A DNA stretch of 64,000 nucleotides from Macrostomum lignano (Eukaryota). The stretch covers positions 16,216-80,215 of the forward strand of contig NIVC01003729.1 in assembly GCA_002269645.1 (NCBI GenBank). The letters are read 5' to 3'. This document shows positions 1 through 15,000 of this stretch, piece after piece. Numbering within the stretch: position 1 is the first letter of the stretch; each line of letters starts with the position of its first letter. Made by a program: the position numbers and the translations under genes. The notes beneath the pieces are model-generated. The model saw nothing but the letters and a program-made list of their open reading frames with translations, did not search any database and was not told the origin of the DNA.

Positions 1-3000
1 GAGTGCTTAACTGCAGGTGTCTGTAGAGTTTAACTGCAGGTGTCTGTAGAGTGCTTAACTGCAGGTGTCTGTAGAGTGCTTAACTGCAGTGTCTGTAGAG
101 TGCTTAACTGCAAGTGTCTGTAGAGTGTTTAACTGCAGTGTCTGTAGAGTGTTTAACTGCCTGTCAGAGTGCTTATCTACAAAGAGTCCGTAGAGTGCCA
201 GCTTAACTGCAGGTGTCTGTAGAGTGTTTAACTGCAGGTGTCTGTAGAGTGTTTAACTGCAGGTGTCTGTAGAGTGCTTAACTGCAGGTGTCTGTAGAGT
301 GTTTAACTGCCTGTCAGAGTGCTTATCTACAAAGAGTCCGTAGAGTGCTTAACTGCAGGTGTCTGTAGAGTGTTTAACTGCAGTGTCTGTAGAGTGCTTA
401 ACTACAGGTGTCTGTAGAGTGCTTAACTGCAGGTGTCTGTAGAGTGTTTAACTGCAGGTGTCTGTAGAGTGCTTAACTACAGGTGTCTGTAGAGTGCTTA
501 ACTGCAGGTGTCTGTAGAGTGTTTAACTGCAGGTGTCTGTAGAGTGCTTAACTGCAGGTGTCTGTAGAGTGCTTAACTGCAGGTGTCTGTAGAGTTTAAC
601 TGCAGGTGTCTGTAGAGTGCTTAACTGCAGGTGTCTGTAGAGTGCTTAACTGCAGTGTCTGTAGAGTGCTTAACTGCAGTGTCTGTAGAGTGTTTAACTG
701 CAGTGTCTGTAGAGTGTTTAACTGCCTGTCAGAGTGCTTATCTACAAAGAGTCCGTAGAGTGCCAGCTTAACTGCAGGTGTCTGTAGAGTGTTTAACTGC
801 AGGTGTCTGTAGAGTGTTAACTGCAGGTGTCTGTAGAGTGCTTAACTGCAGGTGTCTGTAGAGTGTTTAACTGCCTGTCAGAGTGCTTATCTAAAAGAGT
901 CTAGAGTGCTTAACTGCAGGTGTCTGTAGAGTGTTTAACTGCAGGTGTCTGTAGAGTGCTTAACTACAGGTGTCTGTAGAGTGCTTAACTGCAGGTGTCT
1001 GTAGAGTGTTTAACTGCAGGTGTCTGTAGAGTGTTTAACTGCAGGTGTCTGTAGAGTGCTTAACTGCAGGTGTCTGTAGAGTGCTTAACTGCAGGTGTCT
1101 GTAGAGTGCTTAACTGCAGGTGTCTGTAGAGTGCTTAACTGCAGGTGTCTGTAGAGTGCTTAACTGCAGGTGTCTGTAGAGTGCTTAACTGCAGGTGTCT
1201 GTAGAGTGTTAACTGCAGGTGTCTGTAGAGTGTTAACTGCAGGTGTCTGTAGAGTGCTTAACTGCAGGTGTCTGTAGAGTGCTTAACTGCAGGTGTCTGT
1301 AGAGTGTTTAACTGCAGGTGTCTGTAGAGTGCTTAACTACAGGTGTCTGTAGAGTGCTTAACTGCCTGTCAGAGTGCTTATCTACAGAGTCCGTAGAGTG
1401 CTTAACTGCAGGTGTCTGTAGAGTGCTTAACTGCAGGTGTCTGTAGAGTTTAACTGCAGGTGTCTGTAGAGTGCTTAACTGCAGGTGTCTGTAGAGTTTA
1501 ACTGCAGGTGTCTGTAGAGTGCTTAACTGCAGGTGTCTGTAGAGTGTTAACTGCAGGTGTCTGTAGAGTGCTTAACTGCAGGTGTCTGTAGAGTGCTTAA
1601 CTGCCTGTCAGAGTGCTTATCTACAGAGTCCGTAGAGTGCTTAACTGCAGGTGTCTGTAGAGTGTTTAACTGCAGGTGTCTGTAGAGTGCTTAACTGCAG
1701 GTGTCTGTAGAGTGCTTAACTGCAGGTGTCTGTAGAGTTTAACTGCAGGTGTCTGTAGAGTGCTTAACTGCAGGTGTCTGTAGAGTGCTTAACTGCAGTG
1801 TCTGTAGAGTGCTTAACTGCAGGTGTCTGTAGAGTGCTTAACTGCAGGTGTCTGTAGAGTGCTTAACTGCAGGTGTCTGTAGAGTGCTTAACTGCAGGTG
1901 TCTGTAGAGTGTTAACTGCAGGTGTCTGTAGAGTGTTTAACTGCAGGTGTCTGTAGAGTGCTTAACTGCAGGTGTCTGTAGAGTGTTAACTGCAGGTGTC
2001 TGTAGAGTGTTTAACTGCAGGTGTCTGTAGAGTGTTTAACTGCAGGTGTCTGTAGAGTGCTTAACTGCAGGTGTCTGTAGAGTGCTTAACTGCAGGTGTC
2101 TGTAGAGTTTAACTGCAGGTGTCTGTAGAGTGCTTAACTGCAGGTGTCTGTAGAGTGCTTAACTGCAGTGTCTGTAGAGTGCTTAACTGCAGTGTCTGTA
2201 GAGTGTTTAACTGCAGTGTCTGTAGAGTGTTTAACTGCAGGTGTCTGTAGAGTGTTTAACTGCAGGTGTCTGTAGAGTGCTTAACTGCAGGTGTCTGTAG
2301 AGTGTTTAACTGCAGTGTCTGTAGAGTGTTAACTACAGGTGTCTGTAGAGTGCTTAACTGCAGGTGTCTGTAGAGTGCTTAACTGCAGGTGTCTGTAGAG
2401 TGCTTAACTGCAGGTGTCTGTAGAGTGTTTAACTGCAGGTGTCTGTAGAGTGCTTAACTGCAGGTGTCTGTAGAGTGCTTAACTGCAGGTGTCTGTAGAG
2501 TGCTTAACTGCAGGTGTCTGTAGAGTGCTTAACTGCAGGTGTCTGTAGAGTGCTTAACTGCAGGTGTCTGTAGAGTGTTTAACTGCAGGTGTCTGTAGAG
2601 TGCTTAACTGCAGGTGTCTGTAGAGTGCTTAACTGCAGGTGTCTGTAGAGTGCTTAACTGCAGTGTCTGTAGAGTGTTTAACTGCAGTGTCTGTAGAGTG
2701 TTTAACTGCAGGTGTCTGTAGAGTGCTTAACTGCAGGTGTCTGTAGAGTGCTTAACTGCAGGTGTCTGTAGAGTGTTTAACTGCAGTGTCTGTAGAGTGT
2801 TTAACTGCAGGTGTCTGTAGAGTGCTTAACTGCAGGTGTCTGTAGAGTGCTTAACTGCAGGTGTCTGTAGAGTGCTTAACTGCAGGTGTCTGTAGAGTGT
2901 TTAACTGCAGGTGTCTGTAGAGTGCTTAACTGCAGGTGTCTGTAGAGTGCTTAACTGCAGGTGTCTGTAGAGTGCTTAACTGCAGGTGTCTGTAGAGTGC

Positions 3001-6000
3001 TTAACTGCAGGTGTCTGTAGAGTGCTTAACTGCAGGTGTCTGTAGAGTGTTTAACTGCAGGTGTCTGTAGAGTGCTTAACTGCAGGTGTCTGTAGAGTGC
3101 TTAACTGCAGGTGTCTGTAGAGTGCTTAACTACAGGTGTCTGTAGAGTGCTTAACTGCAGGTGTCTGTAGAGTGCTTAACTGCAGGTGTCTGTAGAGTGC
3201 TTAACTGCAGGTGTCTGTAGAGTGTTTAACTGCAGGTGTCTGTAGAGTGTTTAACTGCAGGTGTCTGTAGAGTGCTTAACTACAGGTGTCTGTAGAGTGC
3301 TTAACTGCAGGTGTCTGTAGAGTGTTTAACTGCAGGTGTCTGTAGAGTGCTTAACTACAGGTGTCTGTAGAGTGCTTAACTGCTGTCAGAGTGCTTATCT
3401 ACAGAGTCCGTAGAGTGCTTAACTGCAGGTGTCTGTAGAGTGCTTAACTGCAGGTGTCTGTAGAGTGTTAACTGCAGGTGTCTGTAGAGTGCTTAACTGC
3501 AGGTGTCTGTAGAGTGTTTAACTGCCTGTCAGAGTGCTTATCTACAGAGTCCGTAGAGTGCTTAACTGCAGGTGTCTGTAGAGTGTTTAACTGCAGGTGT
3601 CTGTAGAGTGTTTAACTACAGGTGTCTGTAGAGTGCTTAACTGCAGGTGTCTGTAGAGTGCTTAACTGCAGGTGTCTGTAGAGTGTTTAACTGCAGGTGT
3701 CTGTAGAGTGCTTAACTACAGGTGTCTGTAGAGTGCTTAACTGCAGGTGTCTGTAGAGTGTTTAACTGCAGGTGTCTGTAGAGTGCTTAACTAGGTGTCT
3801 GTAGAGTGCTTAACTGCAGGTGTCTGTAGAGTGTTTAACTGCAGGTGTCTGTAGAGTGCTTAACTGCAGGTGTCTGTAGAGTGCTTAACTGCAGGTGTCT
3901 GTAGAGTTTAACTGCAGGTGTCTGTAGAGTGCTTAACTGCAGGTGTCTGTAGAGTGCTTAACTGCAGTGTCTGTAGAGTGCTTAACTGCAGTGTCTGTAG
4001 AGTGTTAACTGCAGTGTCTGTAGAGTGTTTAACTGCCTGTCAGAGTGCTTATCTACAAAGAGTCCGTAGAGTGCCAGCTTAACTGCAGGTGTCTGTAGAG
4101 TGTTTAACTGCAGGTGTCTGTAGAGTGTTAACTGCAGGTGTCTGTAGAGTGCTTAACTGCAGGTGTCTGTAGAGTGTTTAACTGCCTGTCAGAGTGCTTA
4201 TCTACAAGAGTCCGTAGAGTGCTTAACTGCAGGTGTCTGTAGAGTGTTTAACTGCAGGTGTCTGTAGAGTGCTTAACTACAGGTGTCTGTAGAGTGCTTA
4301 ACTGCAGGTGTCTGTAGAGTGTTTAACTGCAGGTGTCTGTAGAGTGCTTAACTACAGGTGTCTGTAGAGTGCTTAACTGCAGGTGTCTGTAGAGTGTTTA
4401 ACTGCAGGTGTCTGTAGAGTGCTTAACTGCAGGTGTCTGTAGAGTGCTTAACTGCAGGTGTCTGTAGAGTTTAACTGCAGGTGTCTGTAGAGTGCTTAAC
4501 TGCAGGTGTCTGTAGAGTGCTTAACTGCAGGTGTCTGTAGAGTGCTTAACTGCAGGTGTCTGTAGAGTGTTTAACTGCAGTGTCTGTAGAGTGTTTAACT
4601 GCTGTCAGAGTGCTTATCTACAGAGTCTGTAGAGTGCTTAACTGCAGGTGTCTGTAGAGTGTTTAACTGCAGGTGTCTGTAGAGTGTTAACTGCAGGTGT
4701 CTGTAGAGTGCTTAACTGCAGGTGTCTGTAGAGTGTTTAACTGCCTGTCAGAGTGCTTATCTAAAGAGTCCTAGAGTGCTTAACTGCAGGTGTCTGTAGA
4801 GTGTTTAACTGCAGGTGTCTGTAGAGTGCTTAACTACAGGTGTCTGTAGAGTGCTTAACTGCAGTGTCTGTAGAGTGTTTAACTGCAGGTGTCTGTAGAG
4901 TGCTTAACTGCAGGTGTCTGTAGAGTGCTTAACTGCAGGTGTCTGTAGAGTGCTTAACTGCAGGTGTCTGTAGAGTTTAACTGCAGGTGTCTGTAGAGTG
5001 CTTAACTGCAGGTGTCTGTAGAGTGCTTAACTGCAGTGTCTGTAGAGTGCTTAACTGCAGGTGTCTGTAGAGTGCTTAACTGCAGGTGTCTGTAGAGTGT
5101 TTAACTGCAGGTGTCTGTAGAGTGCTTAACTGCAGGTGTCTGTAGAGTGCTTAACTGCTGTCAGAGTGCTTATCTACAGAGTCCGTAGAGTGCTTAACTG
5201 CAGGTGTCTGTAGAGTGCTTAACTGCAGGTGTCTGTAGAGTTTAACTGCAGGTGTCTGTAGAGTGCTTAACTGCAGGTGTCTGTAGAGTTTAACTGCAGG
5301 TGTCTGTAGAGTGCTTAACTGCAGGTGTCTGTAGAGTGCTTAACTGCAGTGTCTGTAGAGTGCTTAACTACAGGTGTCTGTAGAGTGCTTAACTGCCTGT
5401 CAGAGTGCTTATCTACAAAGAGTCGTAGAGTGCTTAACTGCAGGTGTCTGTAGAGTGTTTAACTGCAGGTGTCTGTAGAGTGCTTAACTGCAGGTGTCTG
5501 TAGAGTGCTTAACTGCAGGTGTCTGTAGAGTTTAACTGCAGGTGTCTGTAGAGTGCTTAACTGCAGGTGTCTGTAGAGTGCTTAACTGCAGTGTCTGTAG
5601 AGTGCTTAACTGCAGGTGTCTGTAGAGTGCTTAACTGCAGTGTCTGTAGAGTGCTTAACTGCAGGTGTCTGTAGAGTGCTTAACTGCAGGTGTCTGTAGA
5701 GTGTTTAACTGCAGGTGTCTGTAGAGTGCTTAACTGCAGGTGTCTGTAGAGTGCTTAACTGCAGGTGTCTGTAGAGTGTTAACTGCAGTGTCTGTAGAGT
5801 GTTTAACTGCAGTGTCTGTAGAGTGTTAACTGCAGTGTCTGTAGAGTGCTTAACTGCAGTGTCTGTAGAGTGTTTAACTGCAGGTGTCTGTAGAGTGCTT
5901 AACTGCAGGTGTCTGTAGAGTGTTAACTGCAGTGTCTGTAGAGTGTTAACTGCAGGTGTCTGTAGAGTGTTTAACTGCAGGTGTCTGTAGAGTGCTTAAC

Positions 6001-9000
6001 TGCAGGTGTCTGTAGAGTGCTTAACTGCAGGTGTCTGTAGAGTGTTTAACTGCAGGTGTCTGTAGAGTGCTTAACTGCAGGTGTCTGTAGAGTGTTTAAC
6101 TGCCTGTCAGAGTGCTTAACTGCAGGTGTCTGTAGAGTGCTTAACTGCAGGTGTCTGTAGAGTGTTTAACTGCAGGTGTCTGTAGAGTGCTTAACTGCAG
6201 GTGTCTGTAGAGTGCTTAACTGCAGTGTCTGTAGAGTGCTTAACTGCAGTGTCTGTAGAGTGTTTAACTGCAGGTGTCTGTAGAGTGTTTAACTGCAGGT
6301 GTCTGTAGAGTGCTTAACTGCAGGTGTCTGTAGAGTGTTAACTGCAGGTGTCTGTAGAGTGTTTAACTGCAGGTGTCTGTAGAGTGTTAACTGCAGGTGT
6401 CTGTAGAGTGCTTAACTGCAGGTGTCTGTAGAGTGCTTAACTGCAGGTGTCTGTAGAGTGTTTAACTGCAGGTGTCTGTAGAGTGCTTAACTGCAGGTGT
6501 CTGTAGAGTGCTTAACTGCAGGTGTCTGTAGAGTGCTTAACTGCAGGTGTCTGTAGAGTGCTTAACTGCAGGTGTCTGTAGAGTGCTTAACTGCAGGTGT
6601 CTGTAGAGTGTTTAACTGCAGGTGTCTGTAGAGTGCTTAACTGCAGGTGTCTGTAGAGTGCTTAACTGCAGGTGTCTGTAGAGTGTTAACTGCAGGTGTC
6701 TGTAGAGTGTTTAACTGCAGGTGTCTGTAGAGTGCTTAACTGCAGGTGTCTGTAGAGTGCTTAACTGCAGGTGTCTGTAGAGTGCTTAACTGCAGGTGTC
6801 TGTAGAGTGTTAACTGCAGGTGTCTGTAGAGTGCTTAACTGCAGGTGTCTGTAGAGTGCTTAACTGCAGGTGTCTGTAGAGTGCTTAACTGCAGGTGTCT
6901 GTAGAGTGCTTAACTGCAGGTGTCTGTAGAGTGCTTAACTGCAGGTGTCTGTAGAGTGCTTAACTGCAGGTGTCTGTAGAGTGCTTAACTGCAGGTGTCT
7001 GTAGAGTGCTTAACTGCAGGTGTCTGTAGAGTGCTTAACTGCAGGTGTCTGTAGAGTGCTTAACTGCAGGTGTCTGTAGAGTGCTTAACTGCAGGTGTCT
7101 GTAGAGTGCTTAACTGCAGGTGTCTGTAGAGTGCTTAACTGCAGGTGTCTGTAGAGTGTTTAACTGCAGGTGTCTGTAGAGTGCTTAACTGCAGGTGTCT
7201 GTAGAGTGCTTAACTGCAGGTGTCTGTAGAGTGCTTAACTGCAGGTGTCTGTAGAGTGTTAACTGCAGGTGTCTGTAGAGTGCTTAACTGCAGGTGTCTG
7301 TAGAGTGCTTAACTGCTGTCAGAGTGCTTAACTGCAGGTGTCTGTAGAGTGCTTAACTGCAGGTGTCTGTAGAGTGTTAACTGCAGGTGTCTGTAGAGTG
7401 CTTAACTGCAGGTGTCTGTAGAGTGCTTAACTGCAGGTGTCTGTAGAGTGTTTAACTGCTGTAGAGTGCTTAACTACAGGTGTCTGTAGAGTGCTTAACT
7501 GCAGGTGTCTGTAGAGTGTTAACTGCAGGTGTCTGTAGAGTGCTTAACTACAGGTGTCTGTAGAGTGCTTAACTGCAGGTGTCTGTAGAGTGTTTAACTG
7601 CAGGTGTCTGTAGAGTGTTTAACTGCAGGTGTCTGTAGAGTGCTTAACTACAGGTGTCTGTAGAGTGCTTAACTGCAGGTGTCTGTAGAGTGTTTAACTG
7701 CAGGTGTCTGTAGAGTGTTTAACTGCAAGTGTCTGTAGAGTGCTTAACTGCAAGTGTCTGTAGAGTGTTTAACTGCAGTGTCTGTAGAGTGTTTAACTGC
7801 CTGTCAGAGTGCTTATCTACAAAGAGTCCGTAGAGTGCCAGCTTAACTGCAGGTGTCTGTAGAGTGTTTAACTGCAGGTGTCTGTAGAGTGTTTAACTGC
7901 AGGTGTCTGTAGAGTGCTTAACTGCAGGTGTCTGTAGAGTGTTTAACTGCCTGTCAGAGTGCTTATCTACAAAGAGTCTAGAGTGCCAGCTTAACTGCAG
8001 GTGTCTGTAGAGTGTTTAACTGCAGGTGTCTGTAGAGTGCTTAACTACAGGTGTCTGTAGAGTGCTTAACTGCAGGTGTCTGTAGAGTGTTTAACTGCAG
8101 GTGTCTGTAAGTGCTTAACTACAGGTGTCTGTAGAGTGCTTAACTGCAGGTGTCTGTAGAGTGTTTAACTGCAGGTGTCTGTAGAGTGCTTAACTACAGG
8201 TGTCTGTAGAGTGCTTAACTGCAGGTGTCTGTAGAGTGTTTAACTGCCTGTCAGAGTGCTTATCTACAAAGAGTCCGTAGAGTGCCAGCTTAACTGCAGG
8301 TGTCTGTAGAGTGTTTAACTGCAGGTGTCTGTAGAGTGCTTAACTACAGGTGTCTGTAGAGTGCTTAACTGCAGGTGTCTGTAGAGTGTTTAACTGCAGG
8401 TGTCTGTAGAGTGCTTAACTACAGGTGTCTGTAGAGTGCTTAACTGCAGGTGTCTGTAGAGTGCTTAACTGCAGGTGTCTGTAGAGTGCTTAACTACAGG
8501 TGTCTGTAGAGTGCTTAACTGCAGGTGTCTGTAGAGTGTTTAACTGCAGGTGTCTGTAGAGTGTTTAACTGCAGGTGTCTGTAGAGTGCTTAACTACAGG
8601 TGTCTGTAGAGTGCTTAACTGCAGGTGTCTGTAGAGTGTTTAACTGCAGGTGTCTGTAGAGTGCTTAACTACAGGTGTCTGTAGAGTGCTTAACTGCCTG
8701 TCAGAGTGCTTATCTACAAAGAGTCCGTAGAGTGCTTAACTGCAGGTGTCTGTAGAGTGCTTAACTGCAGGTGTCTGTAGAGTTTAACTGCAGGTGTCTG
8801 TAGAGTGCTTAACTGCAGGTGTCTGTAGAGTTTAACTGCAGGTGTCTGTAGAGTGCTTAACTGCAGGTGTCTGTAGAGTGTTAACTGCAGGTGTCTGTAG
8901 AGTGCTTAACTGCAGGTGTCTGTAGAGTGCTTAACTGCCTGTCAGAGTGCTTATCTACAAAGAGTCCGTAGAGTGCTTAACTGCAGGTGTCTGTAGAGTG

Positions 9001-12000
9001 TTTAACTGCAGGTGTCTGTAGAGTGCTTAACTGCAGGTGTCTGTAGAGTGCTTAACTGCAGGTGTCTGTAGAGTTTAACTGCAGGTGTCTGTAGAGTGCT
9101 TAACTGCAGGTGTCTGTAGAGTGCTTAACTGCAGGTGTCTGTAGAGTGCTTAACTGCAGGTGTCTGTAGAGTGCTTAACTGCAGTGTCTGTAGAGTGCTT
9201 AACTGCAGGTGTCTGTAGAGTGCTTAACTGCAGGTGTCTGTAGAGTGTTAACTGCAGGTGTCTGTAGAGTGTTTAACTGCAGGTGTCTGTAGAGTGCTTA
9301 ACTGCAGGTGTCTGTAGAGTGTTTAACTGCATGTCTGTAGAGTGTTTAACTGCAGGTGTCTGTAGAGTGTTTAACTGCAGGTGTCTGTAGAGTGCTTAAC
9401 TGCAGGTGTCTGTAGAGTGCTTAACTGCAGGTGTCTGTAGAGTGTTAACTGCAGGTGTCTGTAGAGTGCTTAACTGCAGGTGTCTGTAGAGTGCTTAACT
9501 GCAGGTGTCTGTAGAGTGCTTAACTGCAGTGTCTGTAGAGTGTTAACTGCAGTGTCTGTAGAGTGTTAACTGCAGGTGTCTGTAGAGTGTTTAACTGCAG
9601 GTGTCTGTAGAGTGCTTAACTGCAGGTGTCTGTAGAGTGTTTAACTGCAGTGTCTGTAGAGTGTTTAACTGCAGGTGTCTGTAGAGTGCTTAACTGCAGG
9701 TGTCTGTAGAGTGCTTAACTGCAGGTGTCTGTAGAGTGCTTAACTGCAGGTGTCTGTAGAGTGTTTAACTGCAGGTGTCTGTAGAGTGCTTAACTGCAGG
9801 TGTCTGTAGAGTGCTTAACTGCAGGTGTCTGTAGAGTGCTTAACTGCAGGTGTCTGTAGAGTGCTTAACTGCAGGTGTCTGTAGAGTGCTTAACTGCAGG
9901 TGTCTGTAGAGTGTTTAACTGCAGGTGTCTGTAGAGTGCTTAACTGCAGGTGTCTGTAGAGTGCTTAACTGCAGGTGTCTGTAGAGTGCTTAACTGCAGG
10001 TGTCTGTAGAGTGTTTAACTGCAGTGTCTGTAGAGTGTTTAACTGCAGGTGTCTGTAGAGTGCTTAACTGCAGGTGTCTGTAGAGTGCTTAACTGCAGGT
10101 GTCTGTAGAGTGTTTAACTGCAGTGTCTGTAGAGTGTTTAACTGCAGGTGTCTGTAGAGTGCTTAACTGCAGGTGTCTGTAGAGTGCTTAACTGCAGGTG
10201 TCTGTAGAGTGCTTAACTGCAGGTGTCTGTAGAGTGTTTAACTGCAGGTGTCTGTAGAGTGCTTAACTGCAGGTGTCTGTAGAGTGCTTAACTGCAGGTG
10301 TCTGTAGAGTGCTTAACTGCAGGTGTCTGTAGAGTGCTTAACTGCAGGTGTCTGTAGAGTGCTTAACTGCAGGTGTCTGTAGAGTGTTAACTGCAGGTGT
10401 CTGTAGAGTGCTTAACTGCAGGTGTCTGTAGAGTGCTTAACTGCAGGTGTCTGTAGAGTGCTTAACTGCAGGTGTCTGTAGAGTGCTTAACTGCAGGTGT
10501 CTGTAGAGTGCTTAACTGCAGGTGTCTGTAGAGTGCTTAACTGCAGGTGTCTGTAGAGTGTTAACTGCAGGTGTCTGTAGAGTGTTTAACTGCAGGTGTC
10601 TGTAGAGTGCTTAACTGCAGGTGTCTGTAGAGTGCTTAACTGCAGGTGTCTGTAGAGTGTTTAACTGCAGGTGTCTGTAGAGTGCTTAACTGCAGGTGTC
10701 TGTAGAGTGCTTAACTGCCTGTCAGAGTGCTTATCTACAAAGAGTCGTAGAGTGCTTAACTGCAGGTGTCTGTAGAGTGCTTAACTGCAGGTGTCTGTAG
10801 AGTGTTTAACTGCAGGTGTCTGTAGAGTGCTTAACTGCAGGTGTCTGTAGAGTGTTTAACTGCCTGTCAGAGTGCTTATCTACAAAGAGTCCGTAGAGTG
10901 CTTAACTGCAGGTGTCTGTAGAGTGTTTAACTGCAGGTGTCTGTAGAGTGTTTAACTGCAGGTGTCTGTAGAGTGCTTAACTGCAGGTGTCTGTAGAGTG
11001 CTTAACTGCAGGTGTCTGTAGAGTGTTTAACTGCAGGTGTCTGTAGAGTGCTTAACTGCAGGTGTCTGTAGAGTGCTTAACTGCAGGTGTCTGTAGAGTG
11101 TTTAACTGCAGGTGTCTGTAGAGTGCTTAACTACTGGTGTCTGTAGAGTGCTTAACTGCAGGTGTCTGTAGAGTGTTTAACTGCAGGTGTCTGTAGAGTG
11201 CTTAACTGCAGGTGTCTGTAGAGTGCTTAACTGCAGGTGTCTGTAGAGTGTTAACTGCAGGTGTCTGTAGAGTGCTTAACTGCAGGTGTCTGTAGAGTGC
11301 TTAACTGCAGTGTCTGTAGAGTGCTTAACTGCAGTGTCTGTAGAGTGTTAACTGCAGGTGTCTGTAGAGTGTTTAACTGCCTGTCAGAGTGCTTATCTAC
11401 AAAGAGTCCGTAGAGTGCTTAACTGCAGGTGTCTGTAGAGTGTTTAACTGCAGGTGTCTGTAGAGTGCTTAACTGCAGGTGTCTGTAGAGTGCTTAACTG
11501 CAGGTGTCTGTAGAGTGTTTAACTGCCTGTCAGAGTGCTTATCTACAAAGAGTCCGTAGAGTGCTTAACTGCAGGTGTCTGTAGAGTGTTTAACTGCAGG
11601 TGTCTGTAGAGTGCTTAACTACAGGTGTCTGTAGAGTGCTTAACTGCAGGTGTCTGTAGAGTGTTTAACTGCAGGTGTCTGTAGAGTGCTTAACTACAGG
11701 TGTCTGTAGAGTGCTTAACTGCAGGTGTCTGTAGAGTGTTTAACTGCAGGTGTCTGTAGAGTGCTTAACTGCAGGTGTCTGTAGAGTGCTTAACTGCAGG
11801 TGTCTGTAGAGTGTTAACTGCAGGTGTCTGTAGAGTGCTTAACTGCAGGTGTCTGTAGAGTGCTTAACTGCAGTGTCTGTAGAGTGCTTAACTGCAGGTG
11901 TCTGTAGAGTGTTAACTGCAGTGTCTGTAGAGTGTTTAACTGCCTGTCAGAGTGCTTATCTACAAAGAGTCCGTAGAGTGCTTAACTGCAGGTGTCTGTA

Positions 12001-15000
12001 GAGTGTTTAACTGCAGGTGTCTGTAGAGTGTTTAACTGCAGGTGTCTGTAGAGTGCTTAACTGCAGGTGTCTGTAGAGTGTTTAACTGCCTGTCAGAGTG
12101 CTTATCTAAGAGTCTAGAGTGCTTAACTGCAGGTGTCTGTAGAGTGTTTAACTGCAGGTGTCTGTAGAGTGCTTAACTACAGGTGTCTGTAGAGTGCTTA
12201 ACTGCAGTGTCTGTAGAGTGTTTAACTGCAGGTGTCTGTAGAGTGTTAACTGCAGGTGTCTGTAGAGTGCTTAACTGCAGGTGTCTGTAGAGTGCTTAAC
12301 TGCAGGTGTCTGTAGAGTTTAACTGCAGGTGTCTGTAGAGTGCTTAACTGCAGGTGTCTGTAGAGTGCTTAACTGCAGTGTCTGTAGAGTGCTTAACTGC
12401 AGGTGTCTGTAGAGTGCTTAACTGCAGTGTCTGTAGAGTGCTTAACTGCAGGTGTCTGTAGAGTGCTTAACTGCAGGTGTCTGTAGAGTGTTTAACTGCA
12501 GTGTCTGTAGAGTGTTTAACTGCAGGTGTCTGTAGAGTGCTTAACTGCAGGTGTCTGTAGAGTGCTTAACTGCAGTGTCTGTAGAGTGTTTAACTGCAGG
12601 TGTCTGTAGAGTGCTTAACTGCAGGTGTCTGTAGAGTGCTTAACTGCAGGTGTCTGTAGAGTGCTTAACTGCAGGTGTCTGTAGAGTTTAACTGCAGGTG
12701 TCTGTAGAGTGCTTAACTGCAGGTGTCTGTAGAGTGCTTAACTGCAGGTGTCTGTAGAGTGCTTAACTGCAGGTGTCTGTAGAGTGTTTAACTGCAGGTG
12801 TCTGTAGAGTGTTAACTGCAGGTGTCTGTAGAGTGCTTAACTGCAGGTGTCTGTAGAGTGCTTAACTGCAGGTGTCTGTAGAGTGCTTAACTGCAGGTGT
12901 CTGTAGAGTGCTTAACTGCAGGTGTCTGTAGAGTGTTAACTGCAGGTGTCTGTAGAGTGTTTAACTGCAGGTGTCTGTAGAGTGCTTAACTGCAGGTGTC
13001 TGTAGAGTGCTTAACTGCAGGTGTCTGTAGAGTGCTTAACTGCAGGTGTCTGTAGAGTGTTTAACTGCAGGTGTCTGTAGAGTGCTTAACTGCAGGTGTC
13101 TGTAGAGTGCTTAACTGCAGGTGTCTGTAGAGTGCTTAACTGCAGGTGTCTGTAGAGTGCTTAACTGCAGGTGTCTGTAGAGTGCTTAACTGCAGGTGTC
13201 TGTAGAGTGTTAACTGCAGGTGTCTGTAGAGTGCTTAACTGCAGGTGTCTGTAGAGTGCTTAACTGCAGGTGTCTGTAGAGTGCTTAACTGCAGGTGTCT
13301 GTAGAGTGTTTAACTGCAGGTGTCTGTAGAGTGTTTAACTGCAGGTGTCTGTAGAGTGCTTAACTGCAGGTGTCTGTAGAGTGCTTAACTGCAGGTGTCT
13401 GTAGAGTGTTTAACTGCAGGTGTCTGTAGAGTGTTTAACTGCAGGTGTCTGTAGAGTGCTTAACTGCAGGTGTCTGTAGAGTGCTTAACTGCAGGTGTCT
13501 GTAGAGTGCTTAACTGCAGGTGTCTGTAGAGTGTTTAACTGCAGGTGTCTGTAGAGTGCTTAACTGCAGGTGTCTGTAGAGTGCTTAACTGCAGGTGTCT
13601 GTAGAGTGCTTAACTGCAGGTGTCTGTAGAGTGCTTAACTGCAGGTGTCTGTAGAGTGCTTAACTGCAGGTGTCTGTAGAGTGTTTAACTGCAGGTGTCT
13701 GTAGAGTGCTTAACTGCAGGTGTCTGTAGAGTGCTTAACTGCAGGTGTCTGTAGAGTGCTTAACTGCAGGTGTCTGTAGAGTGCTTAACTGCAGGTGTCT
13801 GTAGAGTGCTTAACTGCAGGTGTCTGTAGAGTGCTTAACTGCAGGTGTCTGTAGAGTGTTTAACTGCAGGTGTCTGTAGAGTGTTTAACTGCAGGTGTCT
13901 GTAGAGTGCTTAACTGCAGGTGTCTGTAGAGTGCTTAACTGCAGGTGTCTGTAGAGTGTTTAACTGCAGGTGTCTGTAGAGTGCTTAACTGCAGGTGTCT
14001 GTAGAGTGCTTAACTGCAGGTGTCTGTAGAGTGCTTAACTGCAGGTGTCTGTAGAGTGCTTAACTGCAGGTGTCTGTAGAGTGCTTAACTGCAGGTGTCT
14101 GTAGAGTGCTTAACTGCAGGTGTCTGTAGAGTGCTTAACTGCAGGTGTCTGTAGAGTGCTTAACTGCAGGTGTCTGTAGAGTGTTTCACTGCATGTGTCT
14201 GTAGAGTGTTTAACTACAGGTGTCTGTAGAGTGCTTAACTGCAGGTGTCTGTAGAGTGCTTAACTGCAGGTGTCTGTAGAGTGTTAACTGCAGGTGTCTG
14301 TAGAGTGCTTAACTGCAGGTGTCTGTAGAGTGCTTAACTGCAGGTGTCTGTAGAGTGTTAACTGCAGGTGTCTGTAGAGTGCTTAACTGCAGGTGTCTGT
14401 AGAGTGCTTAACTGCAGGTGTCTGTAGAGTGTTTAACTGCAGGTGTCTGTAGAGTGCTTAACTGCAGGTGTCTGTAGAGTGCTTAACTGCAGGTGTCTGT
14501 AGAGTGTTAACTGCAGGTGTCTGTAGAGTGCTTAACTGCAGGTGTCTGTAGAGTGCTTAACTGCAGGTGTCTGTAGAGTGCTTAACTGCAGGTGTCTGTA
14601 GAGTGCTTAACTGCAGGTGTCTGTAGAGTGTTAACTGCAGGTGTCTGTAGAGTGCTTAACTGCAGTGTCTGTAGAGTGCTTAACTGCAGGTGTCTGTAGA
14701 GTGTTTAACTGCAGTGTCTGTAGAGTGCTTAACTACAGGTGTCTGTAGAGTGCTTAACTGCAGGTGTCTGTAGAGTGTTTAACTGCAGGTGTCTGTAGAG
14801 TGCTTAACTACAGGTGTCTGTAGAGTGCTTAACTGCAGGTGTCTGTAGAGTGTTTAACTGCAGGTGTCTGTAGAGTGCTTAACTGCAGGTGTCTGTAGAG
14901 TGCTTAACTGCAGGTGTCTGTAGAGTGTTAACTGCAGGTGTCTGTAGAGTGCTTAACTGCAGGTGTCTGTAGAGTGCTTAACTGCAGGTGTCTGTAGAGT